A stretch of 64,000 nt of DNA from Tubiluchus corallicola (Eukaryota; Animalia; Priapulida): contig JAQGDQ010000038.1 of the NCBI GenBank assembly GCA_030141605.1, positions 124,001 to 188,000 on the forward strand, read 5' to 3'. The position numbers were made by a program, and so were the translations under genes. The first letter of the stretch is position 1, and each line of letters opens with the position of its first letter. Of this stretch, positions 24,801 to 33,634 are shown piece by piece. The notes under the pieces are model-generated. The model was not told the origin of the DNA and ran no database searches. It saw only the letters and a program-made list of their open reading frames with translations.

Positions 24801-27800
24801 AGCAACGAAGCCAACACTTCCAAGTAAAGCTGCACCAGTGTATATAAGTAAATCACTCGGTGTCACAAACAGTTTCATAGTCCATTTGCTAGGCTTACTG
24901 TTCGGATATGGTATTACAATCACCTGAGAATTTGGTATTATTGATGTCCATCGATGTTGCCTGATATCCTCACCTTTAGGATGAGGAATCCCAACTATTA
25001 AGTTATCAACAAAATTTGGAGTGCGACCTAGCCCAAAAACAGTATAAGGGAGCTGCAATGAATAATGGGCAGACTGAGAGAGCTGCGTGGATCTACTTTT
25101 CTGAGCAGAACCATCAGGACGAGATGTATCATACTGAATAGTTGGCCCTACTTGATTGGTTCCGTAAGGTGGCTTTCCCTCATTAATGCAATTAGTACAT
25201 AATCCGTTTAATGTAAGCACTTTTAGAAAGCAGGCATCATCAGAAAACATATTCTTTAATGCATGCACATTAGATACATCAGCATCTTGTGATCTATTTA
25301 CAACGAGCAAATCCAAAATGCCATTTTCATACAAATCAAAGAATGCTACAACAGTTGGATTTTCGATCCCGTACAAAGGTTTCATATCCCACTGCACAAC
25401 AAAAAGACGATTCAAGCCTAAGCATGTGTCACATGGCATATTTAGGAGCAGAAATGCACGTCTTTCCTGTCCTTCAGATTTCTGCAAAATTGTCACGATA
25501 TCGGGATAGCCATCGAGATTAAAATCACCGACCCAGAAATTCATACCAGTTGGCTCTGAGCTAGGAGGAACAAATCCCCAGGTGTCTGAGCCATGCTTAA
25601 AGCTAGTTAATGTATCATGCCACGACAAAGTGTCATAAAAATAAGCAAATAAATAAGATGATTTGCATGAATCGCCACAAGCTGCTATCACATGAACAAT
25701 GTTTCCATCACCGTTAAGATCTATGAAATGTGAAGGTCCAACATGGTCCATTTTTTTGCTGTCGTTGAAAGCATAAGTATGATTTAGAGTCAAAGAGCCA
25801 TCAAAATTGTACCAGACTTCATATGCATATATGCCACTACGTTTAGTTGTCACAAACAGATCTGCTGTTAAATCACTGTCAAGGTCGACAAAGGCACAAG
25901 AGTGTGGAAAGGCTAGCATATCATAAGTTCCGTTTATCTTAACAGTGACAAATCCACCTTCTGGAATCGAAGACCATGACCAAAAGTACCTGCTAATATC
26001 TGATGCACTTGTTTCTCCAAACAGGTCTGGCTGCATGTCCGCATTATAATCAACAAGTAATGGTTGATCTCGTAAAAGAACAGGTAAATACGAGACCCCG
26101 GGGAGAAAAGCATTCAAATTACCAAAGTGAATGCTGACATTGACAGGTGTTTCTGTACCATCAGTAACAGTGGTAATTAAAACATCCATCTTAGAATCAC
26201 CATTAAAGTCAGCTGGCATAACACTAGTAATCTCTCTATTTTTTGGAACGGAAATTGTCACATCGGATTTAGTGAAAAGAGGAGCATCTTTATTGCCTAA
26301 GTATAGCTCAACAGTTCTAGCATAGTTTTTTATTACAAAAATATCTGTCAGTTTATCTGCATTAAAGTCACCAAATGCAGCTATCGTGCCATTAATCTGA
26401 CCAGCAAAAACATCGGATGTGACATCTGACACAAGGATGTTTGCATTTGCTAAAGTGAAGAAATTCATTAAAAACAATAGCATCGTTAATTTCCACACCT
26501 CTTCTAATGAGACATCACTGAAGCCAGCAGGAGGTCCAAATGAGCGAAATCGTTTCTGTGACAAAATTGCAGCACGTTTCTCTTTTCTCGATTCTAAAAA
26601 TACGAAAAATTGTTTTTTAGTATCACAATACAAGATGCTTACAGCAAAACCGGAACCAATCTTAAATTGTAGATCAAAACAATCTATTCTTTAAAATATT
26701 GAAAGGAAACAGGTTTGTTTTTCAAAAATGACTTACGCAAAAGAATTATTACCACAAAAACGCAATTTCGTGTTCGCACCACTAGTTCTTCGCTGTTATA
26801 CGCAATTTGTAATTCGCTACTTAGACAGGCACTAGCGCCAGCATATCAGAAACGCGTTGCACAAAAACAGGTGCTGTACCTCTCAGTTCAGAGGTGCATA
26901 TTTGTTTGTGACATACTGCACGTGTTCGACAGCACATGCATGAGTACAGTGGTAAAATTGAAATTTGAATTTTTATCTTAAAATTTGCCAACGCTTTAGT
27001 ACAACACACTGAATGTCTTATAGTAGTGCTGTACTTCAATTTTTGCTTTTGCAGACACGTGCAACACGCTCATGGAATGTTTTGCTGTTGAAAGTTATGT
27101 TCGTTCGTGACATCATCAATAGTTGGGCCAACCTATCGTTAATTAAGATTTTAATCTGTTATCTAATTATCAGAAATGTTTTTGCCGTATTATTTGTGTT
27201 AAAAGGTATACTTTTTGCCATACTTGAAAATGGGGCAGTGTATGAAAAATCAACCTGTCTTCCTTTAAATAAATATTTCTGTAACTTAGGGTTTGCAATA
27301 GAATTGGGTAGTACTGTAATTACTACAGATAAATACAAAATTTTCATTGAAGTAAACAAATAATAAATTGTTCATTATTAATTCAGTTTTTCAGTTCACA
27401 CATTTCTGTATCAATAGTAAAACTGACTTAAACAATCGATGTACTACTCTAGTAACCCTACACGACATGCTTATTAACTTAAAAATCTTATAAGCCTATA
27501 TAGGTTAAAGCTGCTTCTAAAGGAATTAAAAGTACTTATTGTTAGTATTCTGTTGATTTAAATCATTTTTTGGCTGTTTCAATTTTAATTGTTCTGAAGC
27601 TGAATTTTTACACCAAATATTTTAGAAAATTTATCAAAGCAATACAGTTGAAGTCAGTATTTGATTTCTATAAAATGCACTGAATAATAGTAATAGTAAA
27701 CAATTATATGCCACCCTACAGCAATGATCAATGTGCAAGTAGCTGTTTTAGAGTCTTCAATGGAAACAAGACTGTGTTCAGTACGCGAGTCGCGTCATGG

Positions 27801-30800
27801 TATGGAAACGAGACAGATGCAGTTCCTCTGCATTCGTAACAGCTGTGTTCCAAACTGTGTGAGTGAATACAGTAATTTTTTGTAAAATCTATGCTGAGTT
27901 TCTGAAATTAGGAATACGGACAGAAGACCGCAAACATGGACATACTCGGAGTATGCAAAATTAAGAAAAGTGATAAAAACCAAAAATAAAAATAAAACAG
28001 ATTGAAATAAAAAACTGGAAAAAAATCATGATTTTTGATTTTTAAAAAAATTGAAAAAAGGAAAACTACTTCTTTTTAAATAAAAAACTGTGGAAACTGA
28101 GATAGATCTACAGACGTCTTAAAAAGCATGGCTACACGCATCTCCCATGAGATTTGTCTTTTATGAATTCTTAAGGGGTCTTTAACAACCTTTTTGAGAA
28201 CAAGATCTATAATGGTTAAAGGAGCATTGGGGTTTTTTAGTTATCATGTGCAAAAAACTGCTTATGAAACCCCAAAACCAAATATCAATTTTGCTTCACC
28301 TGTGCTCTCACTGCACCGTTTGTTTAATATTGAGTGGGTCATTACACAGATTTACTGTGATATTTGCCAACATGAGTTCATTAGTATCGCTACAGTGGGT
28401 GGCCTTCACTCTTAAATTAGATAAGAGAGCAGGTGATTAATATATACATGGAGCAGAGCTTTCTGTGTCTCATTCACTGAATTCCTATGACCAGTTTGCT
28501 GAGTCCAAATTTTAAAACAATCAGCGAACAATTTATCAAGTGAATAGCTTTACCAGTCATTACTGACATTTTTTCTAGATGGTCCGTGTCTTGTTGTGTG
28601 ACAATAATTTAATACACAAATGCTGTTTATTTGGTAGTAAATAAAATAACACATTATTAACACTAGAACGACCATGCGCGTCAACTGATACATTTTTTTA
28701 TTTTGTATATATATATATATCTGAAATTTCTGGAGAATACATTCCTATTTTTATTACTTCTCATAGTTTAGTGCTAAGTACAATTGTACAGAATTTCAGG
28801 GCTGAAATGTTACTCTGACCTTGTTAAAGATAGGTTACTACCTACGGAAGAACCATCTATATGAATTGATGTCAATACATATTGTACACTGCAAATCGTC
28901 ACAATGCACTGGTATCGTATTGGGCAGACATCACAATAGTAAATGTGAATGTAAATCTATGAATGTAAATTCACTAATGTAAAACAGCAAAATGTTTTGA
29001 CATCTTATTATGAGCTAAAAACTTGTGGTCTGAATTTTCTTGACGGTCAGTTCTCAGGATGGCCACCAGGTGGCTTGATTCGATGCAGGTTCTTGAAGCA
29101 CTGCAAAAACTGCCATTGGATGAGTCATTACACTTGTGCTGTATAAACTGCTTCAATTTTACATAGATTCAATTAATTTTCTGATGTATAATTGAATTTC
29201 AATAAAAACTGACTGGACTGATAACTACTAATTTTATTTTAATATATAAATACAAACTATGATTGCATCAATTGATGTAAGCTGGTCTTTCTGTTTAGTA
29301 AATTTTTCTGGTCCTTCTAGTGTTAATGGCATCAATTAATCAATTTATTTTTATTCACTCCATTTTTAATGTGTCTTGAGTGCTTTGTATCCCACCTAGA
29401 ACGAGGACTGCATTTACACTGAAAATTTTTTGCATAGCACTAAGTGCTACACAAATCTAGAATTGTGTTGCAGTTTCCATAGGGACATAGTCTACCAATA
29501 GAGACATAGAAACAATTTAGTCTAGTATAGTGACAGTTTTGTCTAGCATTTTGTAACTATTGTAAATAAGGAAAACAGTATAAAATTTGGTTCAAACTTA
29601 ACTATTTAATACAAAAGCAATCGACTGAATCTAATTCTCATACCTACAAAATAAGGCTTAGTCACTGTAACGTTTAGAGGGCTATTGCATTCCTAATTTT
29701 TATATAATGATCAGGAAAATATACTACATGTATTTTTACGGGTTCGTCTGCTGTTTCTAAGGCTATTTAGTTAAAAACAAAACAAGATGAAATATAAATT
29801 TTAAAGCTATAATTATTACAAAAGAAAAGAGTACAACAACAAGTCAACAATAAGAGTTCAAAATTACTACTAATCGCTTGCTGGGAAAACCTCCAAGGAA
29901 AGTCGAGGATAAGAAAATGAATGCGCATAACTTATCTGAATGTTCATGACGATATTACGCACAATGCAACTATCCTCCTCGTACAATGACAACGCTGACA
30001 CCGGCAACATGACGATCCTCCATGAGTCATAACAATGCAGATGGACAACAGCTAACCAACAGCTTCCAGCTACCCTCTTGTAGTCTACAACAACAACGTA
30101 CCAACAGCTGACTGGAATAAAATAACATCACACTTCTGTGGCTTGACCAGCTCTTCAAACCAGGTAACAGCAACGAGACTGAGAAAGACAGGCTATACAA
30201 CAGGAACACTGTCCTTTTTGCCAAAACAACACTTAGCTCAGCTTTGCATGGTAAAGAAGCTACATCACAGATCGTGTACCAGCCTTTCCAGACAAATACA
30301 TTAACTACAGGTATGCTGGAACATGCCCACTGGTCAGACCAACAACAAACGTCTGTACCAGTGAAAAGTATCAACTCAACTGTTCAGAACAGGTATTCCT
30401 TTTACTGCATAGGTATACGAAGCACTCCAACAGGTAGGTACAAAACATGACAGGGGTGAAGAGATGATTAAATGAAAGAATACATACAGCAGTGCAAGCC
30501 AAGCAAGCCATTTACTATCAAAATTAGCAACACACACCTCACAGTCACCAAAAATATTTATCAAAACTGTTCATTTCACTAACTTTGGTATATATAATAC
30601 AGTAATACAGCAAAAATGTCCTACAAAGGAAATGTCCTTGTAGGAAACAATGCCTTCCACAGAAAACAATGTAAACGTTCAGTTGCATTCCCTACCTAAA
30701 GATCAATCATGCTTGGCATACATTAGAGCACTCATTAAGTTGCCCTGGAGGACAAAAATCAATAATACCTGGCTATGTAAAGTGCTCAGTAGCCTTATTA

Positions 30801-32537
30801 GACAAATATTAATAACTAAAAGCTAAAGAGAACTAAAGTTTGCTGTGACAATTCAAATTTGAAACATCTTTCTTTCTTGCAGCCACATATCTTCCTCTGA
30901 TTGATGTCCTTCTGCCATTTCTTCCTCTTTCTTTTCTTCTATGCTTGGTTTTTATAAAAAAATCTAGTGTTGGTTGCACAGACTCTTCTTTTTTTTCTGC
31001 TAAAACTTCTTTTCAACACTGTAAAGCACTAACAGCATCCTGTCCACTTCCAAACTTCGCTCTGTATTTGGGTTAAAAAAATTAAAGTCTAGCGCCAATA
31101 CTGTATTTTTAAAAACTCTATACAGATGTTTAATGCTAGACCTTTATTTCTAATTAACACTCCTGAGAATATTTCTATTGTTGTTTTTCCAACAACGTAA
31201 ATGCAAATGAGGTGAACACATCAATAATTACAATATTAATATAACAGGAGAGATTTTTATCAGAGGAATTCTACCCACATGGAAAGGTGTTATAGCAATT
31301 AGCTAGTGGTCAGTAATGAATCATCGTTGCCGGTCTCCGACTGCTTAACAGGACAAATCAAATCACTACAGCGATTTCTGTTAATAGGACAAGTGCAGCA
31401 AACATTTCAGTGCTTGAAGGCTGAAGAAATTGTCGTTAAAATGAAACATCCATCGTTAAGTGAATAAAAGATGTCAAAAGATCAACATCGTAAAAACGAA
31501 ACGTCACTAAACAGGGAGTCGTTAAGCGAGGATTTACTGTACTATAATCTATCTTATGCTATTGGTACAGCCATATGTGACTGTAACGCTTTTTAGGATG
31601 ATACAAAAATGTATAGCTCACTAAACAATGATCAATCAATGGTTCAATTTCAATAAGACATTAACATTCTGGTTGACTGGTGCAGGTTATTGCAATTAAA
31701 GTTTAATACTGAGAAATGTAAATTGCTCCATATGGGTTCTAATAATCCAAAATACTCTTATTCCATAGAAGATGATAAAGGCAAAATAAAATCATTAGTG
31801 GTCACAAACTGTCAAAAAGACTTCGGTGTGCTGACTTACATAAACAGTGACATGATTGTTCAAATTATCAAAACTGTTATTAGGACAACACCTAGAATAT
31901 GCTAATGTCGTGTGGGGACGAAAGTTTATAGGAGATGCTCTACTCATAGAAAATATTCAACAAAGTGTTAAAGAGCTGATTCCATCATTCAATAACTTGG
32001 ACTACACAGAAAGACTAATAAAATTAAGCATTCAATCTTTACAATATAGACGCCAGCGAAGTGATAAGATCAAGATTTTTTGAATTATCAATAAAATCGA
32101 CGTTTTGGGCGAGTTAGCATTCTTCTTTAGGAATGCAGCAACTACTAGAGGTCATCCTTGTAAATTTTGCAAACCCAGAGCCAGACTAGGTGTAAGGAAG
32201 TACACCTTCAGCAATCGAGTAGTCAAAAGCTGGAATCGTTTAAGCAGCAAAACTTAATCATCTAAGTCAATAAATGAATTCTAGAGCAATTTAGAACATG
32301 AATGGAATCACGCAAAATTCCCTGTACGGTGTACTAAATGCCAGTAGAGAACAGGCATTACAGGTGAACCACGGATCTACTTCTGCTTCTACTTCTACTA
32401 GTCAATGTGATTTCAACATTGGATGTGGATGATATGTCGTTTCATATTTTCTTACCACATACAACAGACCGCAATGAAGATCTAATTGAGTTTGTTTCCT
32501 GTAGCCCAAATTTATATAATGACTGATAAACTGACAT
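15854..32537 (-). CDS. TMCO6: Transmembrane and coiled-coil domain-containing protein 6 (importin-alpha-like: IBB-like N-terminus plus ARM repeats), about 482 aa
   Basis: Twelve phase-consistent GT-AG exons: 32537-32456 (MSVYQSLYKFGLQETNSIRSSLRSVVC), 26593-26499 (ESRKEKRAAILSQKRFR..SLEE), 23058-22940, 22386-22289 (LTSIFTGNDAELQMEAAFCLTNITAG), 21111-21026 (AGPYLITYL), 20557-20379 (DQCAWALGNLAADG), 19101-18985, 18707-18602, 18277-18100 (KEALWALSNM), 17963-17878, 17311-17147, 15991-15854. Total 1449 nt including the stop. Motifs match recalled TMCO6 better than canonical KPNA. Confidence 0.82.
16320..16530. mobile_element. Partial copy of the tRNA-related palindromic element (see 21162-21506)
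   Basis: aattttgaaacaaaac...aaaagttggaaagcagcctagatttga matches the left arm at 21171-21235; gctatgtcccaactt matches the right arm. Confidence 0.6.
16416..16497. repeat. Perfect 41-bp tandem duplication
   Basis: accagacaacagtatttctcaatgatcatgacagtccagac occurs twice in tandem. Confidence 0.95.
17490..17715 (-). pseudogene. Degraded mariner-type transposase C-terminal remnant
   Basis: Frameshifted pieces (LLEPLKMILG..SDV..; RNYPEW..W.SCVH) resemble the mariner C-terminus LFGPLK..LGG..F.SD..KLP.RW.KCV. It forms a GC-richer island in an intron. Confidence 0.35.
21162..21506. mobile_element. About 345-bp fold-back element built from two outward-facing tRNA-like (A/B-box) arms
   Basis: Termini caattaagtgaattttgaaactaa and ttggtttcaaaatccatttaattg (21/24 complementary). 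B-box GGTTCGAATC on - at 21229-21238 and TGTTCAAATCC on + at 21433-21443. Confidence 0.65.
21650..21835. mobile_element. Inverted half-copy of the same tRNA-related element
   Basis: Its reverse complement matches the spacer and arm at 21165-21350. B-box GGTTCAAATTC at 21763-21773, followed by tgttccatcttt...gtttggtttcaaaattc. Confidence 0.6.
24708..26483 (-). CDS. ITFG1: T-cell immunomodulatory protein / LINKIN (integrin-alpha FG-GAP repeat protein 1), uninterrupted CDS of 591 aa, nested in TMCO6 intron 2
   Basis: Signal peptide MLLFLMNFFTLANA; FG-GAP-like repeats (AFGDFNADKLTDIFV, PADFNGDSKMDVLI, FVDLDSDLTADLFV, VGDFNLDGYPDIV, FFDLYENGILDLLV); QLSQSAHYSLQLPYTVFGLGRTPNFVD; IIPNSQVIVIPYP; one TM helix; diagnostic C-terminus EAHKFHFDAM. 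Confidence 0.95.
   Translation of the reverse strand: MLLFLMNFFTLANANILVSDVTSDVFAGQINGTIAAFGDFNADKLTDIFVIKNYARTVELYLGNKDAPLFTKSDVTISVPKNREITSVMPADFNGDSKMDVLITTVTDGTETPVNVSIHFGNLNAFLPGVSYLPVLLRDQPLLVDYNADMQPDLFGETSASDISRYFWSWSSIPEGGFVTVKINGTYDMLAFPHSCAFVDLDSDLTADLFVTTKRSGIYAYEVWYNFDGSLTLNHTYAFNDSKKMDHVGPSHFIDLNGDGNIVHVIAACGDSCKSSYLFAYFYDTLSWHDTLTSFKHGSDTWGFVPPSSEPTGMNFWVGDFNLDGYPDIVTILQKSEGQERRAFLLLNMPCDTCLGLNRLFVVQWDMKPLYGIENPTVVAFFDLYENGILDLLVVNRSQDADVSNVHALKNMFSDDACFLKVLTLNGLCTNCINEGKPPYGTNQVGPTIQYDTSRPDGSAQKSRSTQLSQSAHYSLQLPYTVFGLGRTPNFVDNLIVGIPHPKGEDIRQHRWTSIIPNSQVIVIPYPNSKPSKWTMKLFVTPSDLLIYTGAALLGSVGFVAGIIGILHWRETVADRKERLQEAHKFHFDAM
26737..26900 (-). promoter_or_regulatory. Candidate ITFG1-specific promoter / non-coding first exon inside TMCO6 intron 1
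   Basis: CpG-enriched island, ending at consensus donor GC|GTAAGT (26737/26736), 143 nt upstream of the acceptor of the shared exon (26594/26593). Confidence 0.45.
28661..29322 (+). mobile_element. Non-autonomous piggyBac element
   Basis: TTAA at both ends (28657-28660, 29323-29326). TIRs CACTAGAACGACCA and CACTAGAAGGACCA (13/14). A decayed Cys-rich C-terminal domain remnant (..KTAIG..HLCCINCFNF..) lies at about 29100-29165. Confidence 0.85.
30860..31541 (-). mobile_element. Degenerate Tigger/pogo-like DNA transposon relic
   Basis: Terminus TA|CAGTAAATCCTCGCTTAACGAC (reverse complement of 31518-31541) is Tigger-like. A decayed C-terminal transposase-like stretch (DAVSALQC..KK..VQPTLDFF..acidic tail) lies at 30870-31060. 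The second TIR was not found. Confidence 0.5.
31595..32400 (+). mobile_element. 5'-truncated CR1-clade LINE (RT C-terminal part), degraded
   Basis: DDTKMY..LVDWC..QLKFNTEKCKLLHMG; HLEYANVVW..IENIQ..LDYTERL..LQYRRQRSD; TTRGHP.KF.KPRARLGVRKYTFSNRVVKSWNRL, with stops and frameshifts; (TACTTC)n-like tail at 32378-32400. Confidence 0.88.
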
Positions 32538-32780
32538 GATGATTATTTGATAACTTTCTGTATTTTTTCTTAAATAAACCGTACACTACACTGAAAATTT
32601 ACGCCATGGTTGTTTATACCTGTCGCAATTCTGACAAAGAAAGAAATACTAATTTTTGTTAGAAACGACCAGTGTTTTGCAGCTGAAGACAGAAATAATG
32701 CTGCATTTCTTTTTTGCAAAAATCGATCGTTATAAAGTCATTAAATTATTTTTCATTTTTGCAAAGCTAAGACATCAGCC
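32538..32780. promoter_or_regulatory. Bidirectional promoter region between TMCO6 and MND1
   Basis: Divergent starts: TMCO6 ATG 32537 (-) and MND1 candidate ATG 32781 (alternative 33056) (+). Confidence 0.55.
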
Positions 32781-33570
32781 ATGGTAGCGTACGCAAAAGT
32801 CTGAATTGCGGGAAATTTAGACGCTGAATTGAGTGAATTCTGTGATTTAATTTCAGTCATAATAATTTCATAAGACTCTGAAGATGTATGAAAACTAGAA
32901 TCTGAAATGTGATACTTCTGATACCAATCTTTGTATATCCTCTTTCATTTGTGAAAAAAAGAATTATGATTGTATACATCAGTCACATATGACATGAATA
33001 CATTATTTACGTGGGCTTACAGATTGGAAGTTATATACCATAGCAGAATCTCAACATGGTATGCATGAAGACCTAAAGTGTAACTCAAATAACAACCTAA
33101 GTATAAATAATCACAACTAACAGCAACATTTTAAGCCAATGATTGTATCAGCTTGTTTGTATGCATTTGCTGAATTAGCCATCATAATATAATCACTGTA
33201 GTTAAGTGCATGCGCCACAAAAATGTTGTTTAGAGATTGTGTGTCTGATATAACCCAGTTTTGAGTTCCTTACACAATGGCTACCAGAATTAAAGGTACT
33301 ATAATATTCAAAATGATGGGTTAATAATAACAGACACCTTGTCACACAGAATGTCAAACCTGTCAACCATTTGACAAAATGGGTGTGAAACTTTAGAAAG
33401 TCTGGAGATCATCTCGCCCCTGGCAGCTGTCCAAGGGGCAAATTATGTTTCAGAAAGTTTTGCTTTTTTGGGTACCAAAATAAAATTGTGAAAAACAAAA
33501 AAATTACTGTTATTTTTATTTTTGGCTACGACTGAGCTTTCTTAGGTTGTTATTGCAGTTTACAGTGTTT

Positions 33571-33634
<64 letters not shown>

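Noticed and set aside
26594-26633. N-terminal MYCDTKKQFFVFL of the 641-aa ORF call
   Set aside because: It starts at a TTG and is the branch/polypyrimidine tract and acceptor of an intron, not coding sequence.
25186-26694. Plus-strand ORFs antisense to ITFG1, and 12626-12964 antisense to the MMP hinge
   Set aside because: Shadow ORFs of real coding sequence, with no recognisable motifs.
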